A stretch of DNA of 64,000 nt from the human T2T-CHM13v2.0 reference genome, Homo sapiens, in the NCBI RefSeq assembly GCF_009914755.1, contig NC_060937.1; one strand, written 5' to 3'. The notes under the pieces are model-generated. The model had not been told where the DNA came from, did no database searches, and saw only the letters and a list, made by a program, of their open reading frames with translations. The position numbers and the translations under genes were made by a program. This document shows, piece by piece, positions 17,251 through 32,612 of the stretch. Every line of letters begins with the position of its first letter. Within the stretch, counting starts at the first letter, position 1.

Positions 17251-17484
17251 GCTGCTGCTGCTGCCTCTGCCTCCACGGTTCAAGCAAACAGCAAGTTTTC
17301 TATTTCGAGTAAAGACGTAATTTCACCATTTTGGCCGGGCTGGTCTCGAACTCCCGACCTAGTGATCCGCCCGCCTCGGCCTCCCAAAGACTGCTGGGAG
17401 TACAGATGTGAGCCACCATGCCCGGCCGATTCCTTCCTTTTTTCAATCTTATTTTCTGAACGCTGCCGTGTATGAACATACATC

Positions 17485-17491
<7 letters not shown>

Positions 17492-17528
<37 letters not shown>
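17492..17528 (+). repeat. (CA)n microsatellite
   Basis: Read directly. Confidence 0.9.
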
Positions 17529-17531
<3 letters not shown>

Positions 17532-17860
17532 CGTAGTGATAAAACTATGTAAATGATATTTCCATAATTAATACGTTTATATTATGTTACTTTTAATGGA
17601 TGAATATGTATCGAAGCCCCATTTCATTTACATACACGTGTATGTATATCCTTCCTCCCTTCCTTCATTCATTATTTATTAATAATTTTCGTTTATTTAT
17701 TTTCTTTTCTTTTGGGGCCGGCCCGCCTGGTCTTCTGTCTCTGCGCTCTGGTGACCTCAGCCTCCCAAATAGCTGGGACTACAGGGATCTCTTAAGCCCG
17801 GGAGGGAGAGGTTAACGTGGGCTGTGATCGCACACTTCCACTCCAGCTTACGTGGGCTGC

Positions 17861-17904
17861 GGTGGGGTGGGGTGGGGTGGGGTGGGGTGGGGTGGGGTGG
17901 GGTG
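17861..17904 (+). repeat. (GGGGT)n tandem repeat, G-quadruplex-prone
   Basis: About 8 consecutive GGGGT units. Confidence 0.9.
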
Positions 17905-18271
17905 CAGAGAAAACGATTGATTGCGATCTCAATTGCCTTTTAGCTTCATTCATACCCTGTTATTTGCTCGTTTATTCTCATGGGTTCTTCTGTGTCATTG
18001 TCACGTTCATCGTTTGCTTGCCTGCTTGCCTGTTTATTTCCTTCCTTCCTTCCTTCCTTCCTTCCTTCCTTCCTTCCTTCCTTCCTTCCCTCCCTTACTG
18101 GCAGGGTCTTCCTCTGTCTCTGCCGCCCAGGATCACCCCAACCTCAACGCTTTGGACCGACCAAACGGTCGTTCTGCCTCTGATCCCTCCCATCCCCATT
18201 ACCTGAGACTACAGGCGCGCACCACCACACCGGCTGACTTTTATGTTGTTTCTCATGTTTTCCGTAGGTAG

Positions 18272-18319
<48 letters not shown>

Positions 18320-20149
18320 CTATGTATGTACGTATGTATGTATGTATGTGAGTGAGATGGGTTTCGGGGTTCTATCATGTTGCCCACGCTGGTCTCGAAC
18401 TCCTGTCCTCAAGCAATCCGCCTGCCTGCCTCGGCCGCCCACACTGCTGCTATTACAGGCGTGAGACGCTGCGCCTGGCTCCTTCTACATTTGCCTGCCT
18501 GCCTGCCTGCCTGCCTATCAATCGTCTTCTTTTTAGTACGGATGTGCTCTCGCTTTATTGTCCATGCTCTGGGCACACGTGGTCTCTTTTCAAACTTCTA
18601 TGATTATTATTATTGTAGGCGTCATCTCACGTGTCGAGGTGATCTCGAACTTTTAGGCTCCAGAGATCCTCCCGCATCGGCCTCCCGGAGTGCTGTGATG
18701 ACACGCGTGGGCACGGTACGCTCTGGTCGTGTTTGTCGTGGGTCGGTTCTTTCCGTTTTTAATACGGGGACTGCGAACGAAGAAAATTTTCAGACGCATC
18801 TCACCGATCCGCCTTTTCGTTCTTTCTTTTTATTCTCTTTAGACGGAGTTTCACTCTTGTCGCCCAGGGTGGAGTACGATGGCGGCTCTCGGCTCACCGC
18901 ACCCTCCGCCTCCCAGGTTCAAGTGATTCTCCTGCCTCAGCCTTCCCGAGTAGCTGGAATGACAGAGATGAGCCATCGTGCCCGGCTAATTTTTCTATTT
19001 TTACTACAGATGGGGTTTCTCCATCTTGGTCAGGCTGGTCTTCAACTTCCGACCGTTGGAGAATCTTAACTTTCTTGGTGGTGGTTGTTTTCCTTTTTCT
19101 TTTTTTTTCTTTTCTTTTCTTTCCTTCTCCTCCCCCCCCCACCCCCCTTGTCGTCGTCCTCCTCCTCCTCCTCCTCCTCCTCCTCCTCCTCCTCCTCCTC
19201 CTCTTTCATTTCTTTCAGCTGGGCTCTCCTACTTGTGTTGCTCTGTTGCTCACGCTGGTCTCAAACTCCTGGCCTTGACGCTTCTCCCGTCACATCCGCC
19301 GTCTGGTTGTTGAAATGAGCATCTCTCGTAAAATGGAAAAGATGAAAGAAATAAACACGAAGACGGAAAGCACGGTGTGAACGTTTCTCTTGCCGTCTCC
19401 CGGGGTGTACCTTGGACCCGGAAACACGGAGGGAGCTTGGCTGAGTGGGTTTTCGGTGCCGAAACCTCCCGAGGGCCTCCTTCCCTCTCCCCCTTGTCCC
19501 CGCTTCTCCCCCAGCCGAGGCTCCCACCGCCGCCCTGGCATTTTCCATAGGAGAGGTATGGGAGAGGACTGACACGCCTTCCAGATCTATATCCTGCCGG
19601 ACGTCTCTGGCTCGGCGTGCCCCACCGGCTACCTGCCACCTTCCAGGGAGCTCTGAGGCGGATGCGACCCCCACCCCCCCGTCACGTCCCGCTACCCTCC
19701 CCCGGCTGGCCTTTGCCGGGCGACCCCAGGGGAACCGCGTTGATGCTGCCTTCGGATCCTCCGGCGAAGACTTCCACCGGATGCCCCGGGTGGGCCGGTT
19801 GGGATCAGACTGGACCACCCCGGACCGTGCTGTTCTTGGGGGTGGGTTGACGTACAGGGTGGACTGGCAGCCCCAGCATTGTAAAGGGTGCGTGGGTATG
19901 GAAATGTCACCTAGGATGCCCTCCTTCCCTTCGGTCTGCCTTCAGCTGCCTCAGGCGTGAAGACAACTTCCCATCGGAACCTCTTCTCTTCCCTTTCTCC
20001 AGCACACAGATGAGACGCACGAGAGGGAGAAACAGCTCAATAGATACCGCTGACCTTCATTTGTGGAATCCTCAGTCATCGACACACAAGACAGGTGACT
20101 AGGCAGGGACACAGATCAAACACTATTTCCGGGTCCTCGTGGTGGGATT

Positions 20150-20206
<57 letters not shown>

Positions 20207-20364
20207 CGCGCACGCGCGCACACACACACACAATTTCCATATCTAGTTCAGAGAGCACACTCACTTCCCCCTTTCACAGTACGCAGGCTGAGTAAAACCC
20301 GCCCCACCCTCCACCCGTTGGCTGACGAAACCCCTTCTCTACAATTTATGAAAAAGATGATCTG

Positions 20365-20820
20365 GGCCGGGCACGCTAGCTCACGCCTGTCACTCCGGCA
20401 CTTTGGGAGGCCGAGGCGGGTGGATCGCTTGGGGCCGGGAGTTCGAGACCAGGCTGGCCGACGTGGCGAAACCCCGTCTCTCTGAAAAATAGAACGATTA
20501 GCCGGGCCTGGTGGCGTGGGCTTGGAATCACGACCGCTCGGGAGACTGGGGCGGGCGACTTGTTCCAACCGGGGAGGCCGAGGTTGCGATGAGCTGAGAT
20601 CGTGCCGTGGCGATGCGGCCTGGATGACGGAGCGAGACCCCGTGTCGAGAGAATCATGATGTTATTATAAGATGAGTTGTGCGCGGTGATGGCCGCCTGT
20701 AGTCGCGGCTACTCGGGAGGCTGAGACGAGGAGAAGATCACTTGAGGCCCCACAGGTCGAGGCTTCGGTCGGCCGTGACCCACTGTATCCTGGGCAGTCA
20801 CCGGTCAAGGAGATATGCCC
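20365..20820 (+). mobile_element. Sense Alu (20365-~20650) followed by a right-arm/FRAM-like monomer (~20675-20820)
   Basis: ggccgggcacgctagctcacgcctgtcactccggcactttgggaggccgaggcgggtggatc...gagttcgagacc. Confidence 0.85.
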
Positions 20821-20876
20821 CTTCCCCGTTTGCTTTTCTTTTCTTCCCTTCTCTTTTCTTCTTTTTGCTTCTCTTT

Positions 20877-20928
<52 letters not shown>

Positions 20929-21004
20929 TTTCTCTCTTCCCCTCTTTCTTTCCTGCCTTCCTGCCTTTCTTCTTTTCTTCTTTCCTCCCTTCCTCCCTTC
21001 CTTC

Positions 21005-21702
21005 TTTCCTCCCGCCTCAGCCTCCCAAAGTGCTGGGATGACTGGCGTGAGGCACCATGCCTGCTTGGCCCAAAGAGACCCTCTTGGAAAGTGAGACGCA
21101 GAGAGCGCCTTCCAGTGATCTCATTGACTGATTTAGAGACGGCATCTCGCTCCGTCACCCCGGCAGTGGTGCCGTCGTAACTCACTCCCTGCAGCGTGGA
21201 CGCTCCTGGACTCGAGCGATCCTTCCACCTCAGCCTCCAGAGTACAGAGCCTGGGACCGCGGGCACGCGCCACTGTGCCCACACCGTTTTTAATTGGTTT
21301 TTTTTTCCCCCGAGACAGAGTTTCACTCTCGTGGCCTAGACTGCAGTGCGGTGGCGCGATCTTGGCTCACCGCAACCTCTGCCTCCCGGTTTCAAGCGAT
21401 TCTCCTGCATCGGCCTCCTGAGTAGCCGGGATTGCGGGCATGCGCTGCCACGTCTGGCTGATTTCGTATTTTTAGTGGAGACGGGGCTTCTCCATGTCGA
21501 TCGGGCTGGTTTCGAACTCCCGACCTCAGGTGATCCGCCCTCCCCGGCCTCCGGAAGTGCTGGGATGACAGGCGTGAGCCACCGCGCCCGGCCTTCATTT
21601 TTAAATGTTTTCCCACAGACGGGGTCTCATCATTTCTTTGCAACCCTCCTGCCCGGCGTCTCAAAGTGCTGGCGTGACGGGCGTGAGCCACTGCGCCTGG
21701 AC
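21005..21702 (-). mobile_element. Antisense Alu cluster (full-length element ~21298-21593 with flanking fragments)
   Basis: T-run, gagacagagtttcactc ... gtgagccaccgcgcccggcc. Confidence 0.85.
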
Positions 21703-21748
21703 TCCGGGGAATGACTCACGACCACCATCGCTCTACTGATCCTTTCTC

Positions 21749-21796
<48 letters not shown>

Positions 21797-22799
21797 GATG
21801 AATTATCTTATGATTTATTTGTGTACTTATTTTCAGACGGAGTCTCGCTCTGGGCGGGGCGAGGCGAGGCGAGGCACAGCGCATCGCTTTGGAAGCCGCG
21901 GCAACGCCTTTCAAAGCCCCATTCGTATGCACAGAGCCTTATTCCCTTCCTGGAGTTGGAGCTGATGCCTTCCGTAGCCTTGGGCTTCTCTCCATTCGGA
22001 AGCTTTGACAGGCGCAACCCCACCCAGAGGCTGGCTGCGGCTGAGGATTAGGGGGTGTGTTGGGGCTGAAAACTGGGTCCCCTATTTTTGATACCTCAGC
22101 CGACACATCCCCCGACCGCCATCGCTTGCTCGCCCTCTGAGATCCCCCGCCTCCACCGCCTTGCAGGCTCACCTCTTACTTTCATTTCTTCCTTTCTTGC
22201 GTTTGAGGAGGGGGTGCGGGAATGAGGGTGTGTGTGGGGAGGGGGTGCGGGGTGGGGACGGAGGGGAGCGTCCTAAGGGTCGATTTAGTGTCATGCCTCT
22301 TTCACCACCACCGCCACCACCGAAGATGACAGCAAGGATCGGCTAAATACCGCGTGTTCTCATCTAGAAGTGGGAACTTACAGATGACAGTTCTTGCATG
22401 GGCAGAACGAGGGGGACCGGGGACGCGGAAGCCTGCTTGAGGGAGGAGGGGTGGAAGGAGAGACAGCTTCAGGAAGAAAACAAAACACGAATACTGTCGG
22501 ACACAGCACTGACTACCCGGGTGATGAAATCATCTGCACACTGAACACCCCCGTCACAAGTTTACCTATGTCACAGTCTTGCACATGTATGCTTGAACGA
22601 CAAATAAAAGTTAGGGGGGAGAAGAGAGGAGAGAGAGAGAGAGAGAGAGACAGAGAGAGACAGAGAGAGAGAGAGAGGAGGGAGAGAGAAAACGAAACAC
22701 CACCTCCTTGACCTGAGTCAGGGGGTTTCTGGCCTTTTGGGAGAACGTTCAGCGACAATGCAGTATTTGGGCCCGTTCTTTTTTTTTCTTCTTCTTTTC

Positions 22800-23768
<969 letters not shown>

Positions 23769-23774
23769 CTAGGG

Positions 23775-24132
23775 CCTTCTCTCTGTCTGTTTCTCTCTGT
23801 TCGTCTCTGTCTTTCTCTCTGTGTCTCTTTCTCTGTCTGTCTGTCTCTTTCTTTCTCTCTGTCTCTGTCTCTGTCTTTGTCTCTCTCTCTCCCTCTCTGC
23901 CTGTCTCACTGTGTCTGTCTTCTGTCTTACTCTCTTTCTCTCCCCGTCTGTCTCTCTCTCTCTCTCTCCCTCCCTGTTTGTTTCTCTCTCTCCCTCCCTG
24001 TCTGTTTCTCTCTCTCTCTTTCTGTCTGTTTCTGTCTCTCTCTGTCTGTCTATGTCTTTCTCTGTCTGTCTCTTTCTCTGTCTGTCTGCCTCTCTCTTTC
24101 TTTTTCTGTGTCTCTCTGTCGGTCTCTCTCTC

Positions 24133-24167
<35 letters not shown>

Positions 24168-24361
24168 GTGCCTATCTTCTGTCTTACTCTCTTTCTCTGC
24201 CTGTCTGTCTGTCTCTCCCTCCCTTTCTGTTTCTCTCTCTCTCTCTCTCTCTCTCTCCCCCTCTCCCTGTCTGTTTCTCTCCGTCTCTCTCTCTTTCTGT
24301 CTGTTTCTCACTGTCTCTCTCTGTCCATCTCTCTCTCTCTCTGTCTGTCTCTTTCGTTCTC

Positions 24362-24421
<60 letters not shown>

Positions 24422-24464
24422 ACTCTCTGTGTGTATCTTCTGTCTTACTCTCCTTCTCTGCCTG

Positions 24465-24498
<34 letters not shown>

Positions 24499-24839
24499 CC
24501 TTTCTGTCTCTCTCTCTCTCTGTCCCTCTCTCTTTCTGTCTGTTCCTCTCTCTCTCTGTCTCTGTCTTTCTCTGTCTGTCTGCCTCTCTCTTTCTTTCTC
24601 TTTCTGTGTCTCTCTGTCTCTCTCTCTGTGCCTATCTTCTGTCTTACTCTCTTTCTCTGCCTGCCTGCCTGTCTGTCTGTCTGTCTCTCTCTGTCTCTCT
24701 CCCTGCCTTTCTGTTTCTCTCTCTCTCTCCCTCTCTCTCTCCCTCTCTCGCTCTCTCTGTCTTTCTCTCTTTCTCTCTGTTTCTCTGTCTCTCTCTGTCC
24801 GTCTCTGTCTTTTTCTGTCTGTCTCTCTCTTTCTTTCTG

Positions 24840-24872
<33 letters not shown>

Positions 24873-25918
24873 GCTTGTCTCTCTCACTGTGTCTGTCCTC
24901 TGTCTTACTCTCCTTCTCTGCCTGTCCGTCTGTCTGTCTGTCTCTCTCTCTCTCCCTCCCTTTCTGTTTCTCTCTCTCTCTCTCTCTCTCTCTGCCTGTT
25001 TCTCTTTCTCTCTCTGTCTGTCTCTGTCTTTCTCTGTCTGTCTCTTTCTCTGTCTGTCTGTCTCCTTCTCTCTGTCTCCGTCTCTGTCTCTCTCTCTCTG
25101 TCTCTCTCTCTCTGCCTGTCTCACTGTGTCTGTCTTCTGTCTTATTCTCTTTCTCTGTCTGTCTGTCTCTCTCTCTCCCTTCCTGTCTCTTTCTCTCTCT
25201 CTCTCTCTTTCTGTCTGTTTCTCTCTGCCTGTCTCCGTCTTTCTCTGTCTGCCTCTCTCTTTCTTTTTCTGCGTCTCTCTGTCTCTCTCTCTCTGTGCCT
25301 ATCTTCTGTCTTACTCTGTTTCTCTGCCTGCCTGTCTGTCTGTCTGTCTCTCTCTCTCTCTGTCTCTCTCTCTTTCTGTCTGTTTCTCTCTGTCTCTCTG
25401 TCCATCTCTGTCTTTCTCTGTCCGTCTCTCTCTTTCTCCCTGTCTCTGTCTCTGCCTCTGCCTCTCTCTCTCTCTGTCTCTCTCTTTCTATCTGTTTCTC
25501 TCTGTCTCTCTGTCCATCTCTGTCTTTCTCTGTCTGTCTCTCTCTTTCTCCCTGTCTCTGTCTCTGCCTCTCTCTCTCTCTCTCTGTCTGTCTCTCTCAC
25601 TGTGTGTGTGTCTCTGTCTCTGCCTCTCTCTCTCTCTCTCTCTCTGTCTGTCTCTCTCACTGTGTGTGTCTGTCTTCTGTCTTACTCTCCTTCTCTGCCT
25701 GTCCGTCTGTCTGTCTGTCTCTCCCTCTCTCTCCCTCCCTTTCTGTTTCTCTCTCTCTCTCTCTCTCTTTCTGTCTGTTTCTCTCTTTCTCTCTCTGTCT
25801 GTCTCTTTCTCTGTCTGTCTGTCTCTCTCTTTCTTTTTCTCTGTCTCTCTGTCTCTCTCTGTGCCTGTCTCTCTGTCTGTGCCTATCTTCTGTCTTACTC
25901 TCTTTCTCTGGCTGACTG

Positions 25919-25959
<41 letters not shown>

Positions 25960-26076
25960 GTCTCCGTCCCTCCCTCCCTGTCTGTCTGTTTCTCTCTCTG
26001 TCCATTTCTGTCTGTCTCTTTCTCTTTCTCTCTCTTTCTTTCTCTCTGTCTCTCTCTGTCTCTCTCTGTCTCTCTC

Positions 26077-26117
<41 letters not shown>

Positions 26118-26196
26118 CTCTCTCACTGTGTCGGTCTTCTGTCTTACTCTCTTTCTCTGCCTGCCTCTCTGTCTGTCTGTCTGTCTCTCTCCCTCC

Positions 26197-26231
<35 letters not shown>

Positions 26232-26333
26232 ACTGTCTCTCCGTCTCTCTCTCTTTCTGTCTGTTTCTCTCTGTCTCTGTCTTTCTGTGTGTCTGTCTGT
26301 CTCTCTCTCTATTTGTCTTTCTCCCTCCCTGTC

Positions 26334-26374
<41 letters not shown>

Positions 26375-26440
26375 GTCTGTTTCTCTCTATCTCTCGCTGT
26401 CCATCTCTGTCTTTCTATGTCTGTCTCTTTCTCTGTCAGT
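23775..26440 (+). repeat. CT/CTGT-rich compound satellite block 1
   Basis: Pyrimidine-dominated + strand with a recurring tcttctgtcttactct anchor. Confidence 0.95.
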
Positions 26441-27097
26441 CTGTCAGACACCCCCGTGCCGGGTAGGGCCCTGCCCCTTCCACGAAAGTGAGAAGCGCGT
26501 GCTTCGGTGCTTAGAGAGGCCGAGAGGAATCTAGACAGGCGGGCCTTGCTGGGCTTCCCCACTCGGTGTATGATTTCGGGAGGTCGAGGCCGGGTCCCCG
26601 CTTGGATGCGAGGGGCATTTTCAGACTTTTCTCTCGGTCACGTGTGGCGTCCGTACTTCTCCTATTTCCCCGATAAGCTCCTCGACTTCAACATAAACGG
26701 CGTCCTAAGGGTCGATTTAGTGTCATGCCTCTTTCACCGCCACCACCGAAGATGAAAGCAAAGATCGGCTAAATACCGCGTGTTCTCATCTAGAAGTGGG
26801 AACTTACAGATGACAGTTCTTGCATGGGCAGAACGAGGGGGACCGGGGACGCGGAAGCCTGCTTGAGGGAGGAGGGGTGGAAGGAGAGACAGCTTCAGGA
26901 AGAAAACAAAACACGAATACTGTCGGACACAGCACTGACTACCCGGGTGATGAAATCATCTGCACACTGAACACCCCCGTCACAAGTTTACCTATGTCAC
27001 AGTCTTGCTCATGTATGCTTGAACGACAAATAAAAGTTCGGGGGGGAGAAGAGAGGAGAGAGAGAGAGAGACGGGGAGAGAGGGGGGAGAGGGGGGG

Positions 27098-27154
<57 letters not shown>

Positions 27155-27269
27155 GTAAAACCAACCACCACCTCCTTGACCTGAGTCAGGGGGTTTCTGG
27201 CCTTTTGGGAGAACGTTCAGCGACAATGCAGTATTTGGGCCCGTTCTTTTTTTCTTCTTCTTCTTTTCT

Positions 27270-28191
<922 letters not shown>

Positions 28192-28204
28192 CTACTGGGC
28201 TAGG

Positions 28205-28725
28205 GCCTTCTCTCTGTCTGTTTCTCTCTGTTCGTCTCTGTCTTTCTCTCTGTGTCTCTTTCTCTGTCTGTCTGTCTGTCTGTCTGTCTCTTTCTTTCTT
28301 TCTGTCTCTGTCTTTGTCCCTCTCTCTCCCTCTCTGCCTGTCTCACTGTGTCTGTCTTCTATCTTACTCTCTTTCTCTCCCCGTCTGTCTCTCTCTCACT
28401 CCCTCCCTGTCTGTTTCTCTCTCTCTCTCTTTCTGTCTGTTTCTGTCTCTCTCTGTCTGCCTCTCTCTTTCTCTATCTGTCTCTTTCTCTGTCTGTCTGC
28501 CCCTCTCTTTCTTTTTCTGTGTCTCTCTGTCTGTCTCTCTCTCTCTCTGTGCCTATCTTCTGTCTTACTCTCTTTCTCTGCCTGTCTGTCTGTCTCTCTC
28601 TGTCTCTCCCTCCCTTTCTGCTTCTCTCTCTCTCTCTCTCTCTCTCCCCCCTCCCTGTCTGTTTCTCTCTGTCTCCCTCTCTTTCTGTCTGTTTCTCACT
28701 GTCTCTCTCTGTCTGTCTGTTTCAT

Positions 28726-28760
<35 letters not shown>

Positions 28761-28860
28761 GTCTCTCCCTCTCTGTGTGTATCTTTTGTCTTACTCTCCT
28801 TCTCTGCCTGTCCGTCTGTCTGTCTGTCTCTCTCTCTCCCTGTCCCTCTCTCTTTCTGTC

Positions 28861-28909
<49 letters not shown>

Positions 28910-29186
28910 GTCTTTCTCTGTCTGTCCCTTTCTCTGTCTGTCTGCCTCTCTCTTTCTCTTTCTGTGTCTCTCTGTCTCTCTCTCTGTGCCTATCTTCTGT
29001 CTTACTCTCTTTCTCTGCCTGTCTATCTGTCTGTCTCTCTCTGTCTCTCTCCCTGCCTTTCTGTTTCTCTCTCTCTCCCTCTCTCGCTCTCTCTGTCTTT
29101 CTCTCTTTCTCTCTGTTTCTCTGTCTCTCTCTGTCCGTCTCTGTCTTTTTCTGTCTGTCTGTCTCTCTCTTTCTTTCTGTCGTCTG

Positions 29187-29222
<36 letters not shown>

Positions 29223-29413
29223 TCCTTGTCTCTCTCACTGTGTCTGTCTTCTGTCTTACTCTCCTTCTCTGCCTGTCCATCTGTCTGTCTGTCTCTCTCT
29301 CTCTCTCCCTACCTTTCTGTTTCTCTCTCGCTAGCTCTCTCTCTCTCTGCCTGTTTCTCTCTTTCTCTCTCTGTCTTTCTCTGTCTGTCTCTTTCTCTGT
29401 CTGTCTGTCTCTT

Positions 29414-29458
<45 letters not shown>

Positions 29459-29701
29459 GCCTCTCTCACTGTGTCTGTCTTCTGTCTTATTCTCTTTCTC
29501 TCTCTGTCTCTCTCTCTCTCTCCTTTCCTGTCTGTTTTTCTCTCTCTCTCTCTCTTTCTGCCTGTTTCTCTCTGTCTGTCTCTGTCTTTCTCTGTCTGTC
29601 TGCCTCTCTCTTTCTTTTTCTGCGTCTCTCTGTCTCTCTCTCTCTCTCTCTGTTCCTATCTTCTGTCTTACTCTGTTTCCTTGCCTGCCTGCCTGTCTGT
29701 G

Positions 29702-29739
<38 letters not shown>

Positions 29740-29848
29740 CCTTTCTCTTTCTCTGTCTCTCTCTCTCTTTCTGTGTGTTTCTCTCTGTCTCTCTGTCCAT
29801 CTCTGTCTTTCTATGTCTGTCTCTCTCTTTCTCTCTGTCTCTGTCTCT

Positions 29849-29882
<34 letters not shown>

Positions 29883-29984
29883 GTCTCTCTCACTGTGTGT
29901 GTCTGTCTTCTGTCTTACTCTCCTTCTCTGCCTGTCCGTCTGTCTGTCTGTCTCTCTCTCTCCCTGTCCCTCTCTCTTTCTGTC

Positions 29985-30037
<53 letters not shown>

Positions 30038-30314
30038 GTCTTTCTCTGTCTGTCCCTTTCTCTGTCTGTCTGCCTCTCTCTTTCTCTTTCTGTGTCTCTC
30101 TGTCTCTCTCTCTGTGCCTATCTTCTGTCTTACTCTCTTTCTCTGCCTGTCTATCTGTCTGTCTCTCTCTGTCTCTCTCCCTGCCTTTCTGTTTCTCTCT
30201 CTCTCCCTCTCTCGCTCTCTCTGTCTTTCTCTCTTTCTCTCTGTTTCTCTGTCTCTCTCTGTCCGTCTCTGTCTTTTTCTGTCTGTCTGTCTCTCTCTTT
30301 CTTTCTGTCGTCTG

Positions 30315-30350
<36 letters not shown>

Positions 30351-30543
30351 TCCTTGTCTCTCTCACTGTGTCTGTCTTCTGTCTTACTCTCCTTCTCTGC
30401 CTGTCCATCTGTCTGTCTGTCTCTCTCTCTCTCTCCCTACCTTTCTGTTTCTCTCTCGCTAGCTCTCTCTCTCTCTCTGCCTGTTTCTCTCTTTCTCTCT
30501 CTGTCTTTCTCTGTCTGTCTCTTTCTCTGTCTGTCTGTCTCTT

Positions 30544-30588
<45 letters not shown>

Positions 30589-30831
30589 GCCTCTCTCACT
30601 GTGTCTGTCTTCTGTCTTATTCTCTTTCTCTCTCTGTCTCTCTCTCTCTCTCCTTTCCTGTCTGTGTTTCTCTCTCTCTCTCTCTTTCTGCCTGTTTCTC
30701 TCTGTCTGTCTCTGTCTTTCTCTGTCTGTCTGCCTCTCTCTTTCTTTTTCTGCGTCTCTCTGTCTCTCTCTCTCTCTCTCTGTTCCTATCTTCTGTCTTA
30801 CTCTGTTTCCTTGCCTGCCTGCCTGTCTGTG

Positions 30832-30869
<38 letters not shown>

Positions 30870-30979
30870 CCTTTCTCTTTCTCTGTCTCTCTCTCTCTTT
30901 CTGTGTGTTTCTCTCTGTCTCTCTGTCCATCTCTGTCTTTCTATGTCTGTCTCTCTCTTTCTCTCTGTCTCTGTCTCTG

Positions 30980-31022
<43 letters not shown>

Positions 31023-31941
31023 GTCTCTCTCACTGTGTGTGTCTGTCTTCTGTCTTACTCTCCTTCTCTGCCTGTCCGTCTGTCTGTCTGTCTCTCCCTC
31101 TCTCTCCCTCCCTTTCTGTTTCTCTCTCTCTCTCTTTCTGTCTGTTTCTCTCTTTCTCTCTCTGTCTGTCTCTTTCTCTGTCTGTCTGTCTCTCTCTTTC
31201 TTTTTCTCTGTCTCTCTGTCTCTCTCTGTGTCTGTCTCTCTGTCTGTGCCTATCTTCTGTCTTACTCTCTTTCTCTGGCTGTCTGCCTGTCTCTCTCTCT
31301 CTCTCTGTCTGTCTCCGTCCCTCTCTCCCTGTCTGTCTGTTTCTCTCTCTGCCTCTCTCTCTCTCTGTCTGTCTCTTTCTCTGTCTGTCTGTCTCTCTCT
31401 TTCTTTTTCTCTGTCTCTCTGTCTCTCTCTGTGTCTGTCTCTCTTTCTGTGCCTATCTTCTGTCTTACTCTCTTTCTCTGGCTGTCTGCCTGTCTCTCTC
31501 TCTCTGCCTGTCTCCGTCCCTCCCTCCCTGTCTGTCTGTTTCTCTCTCTGTCTCTGTCTCTCTGTCCATCTCTGTCTGTCTCTTTCTCTTTCTCTCTCTC
31601 TGTCTCTGTCTCTCTCTCTCTCTGCCTGTCTCTCTCACTGTGTCTGTCTTCTGTCTTACTCTCTTTCTCTGCCTGCCTCTCTGTCTGTCTGTCTCTCTCC
31701 CTCCATGTCTCTCTCTCTCTCTCACTCACTCTCTCTCCGTCTCTCTCTCTTTCTGTCTGTTTCTCTCTCTGTCTGTCTCTCTCCCTCCATGTCTCTCTCT
31801 CTCTCTCTCACTCACTCTCTCTCCGTCTCTCTCTCTCTTTCTGTCTGTTTCTCTCTCTGTCTGTCTCTCTCCCTCCATGTCTCTCTCTCTCCCTCTCACT
31901 CACTCTCTCTCCGTCTCTCTCTCTCTCTTTCTGTCTGTTTC

Positions 31942-32002
<61 letters not shown>

Positions 32003-32035
32003 GTCTTTCTCCCTCCCTGTCTGTCTGTCTGTCTC

Positions 32036-32068
<33 letters not shown>

Positions 32069-32145
32069 TTCTCTTTCTGTCTGTTTCTCTCTATCTCTCG
32101 CTGTCCATCTCTGTCTTTCTATGTCTGTCTCTTTCTCTGTCAGTC
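28205..32145 (+). repeat. CT/CTGT-rich compound satellite block 2 (with ~1.13 kb tandem duplication)
   Basis: Same composition as block 1; unique markers repeat at offsets of 1128-1130 bp. Confidence 0.95.
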
Positions 32146-32408
32146 TGTCAGACACCCCCGTGCCGGGTAGGGCCCTGCCCCTTCCACGAGAGTGAGAAGC
32201 GCGTGCTTCGGTGCTTAGAGAGGCCGAGAGGAATCTAGACAGGCGGGCCTTGCTGGGCTTCCCCACTCGGTGTATGATTTCGGGAGGTCGAGGCCGGGTC
32301 CCCGCTTGGATGCGAGGGGCATTTTCAGACTTTTCTCTCGGTCACGTGTGGCGTCCGTACTTCTCCTATTTCCCCGATAAGCTCCTCGACTTCAACATAA
32401 ACTGTTAA

Positions 32409-32612
32409 GGCCGGACGCAACACGGCGAAACCCCGTCTCTACTAAAAATACAAAGCTGAGTCGGGAGCGGTGGGGCAGGCCCCTGTAATGCCAGCTCCTC
32501 GGGAGGCTGAGGCGGGAGAATCGCTTGAACCAGGGAAGCGGAGGCTGCAGGGAGCCGAGATCGCGCCACTGCACTACGGCCCAGGCTGTAGAGTGAGTGA
32601 GACTCGGTCTCT
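32409..32612 (+). mobile_element. Alu with most of the left arm deleted
   Basis: ggccggacgc|aacacggcgaaaccccgtctctactaaaaataca...gagactcggtctc. Confidence 0.8.

Larger units (their letters stand above)
17260..19290 (-). mobile_element. Cluster of degenerate or truncated Alu elements, mostly antisense (~17260-17428, ~18100-18480 split by (TG)n, ~18615-18715, ~18830-19050, plus fragments)
   Basis: Alu motifs such as ggctggtctcgaactcc, cctcggcctcccaaag and cctcccaggttcaagtgattctcctgcctcagcc. Confidence 0.8.
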
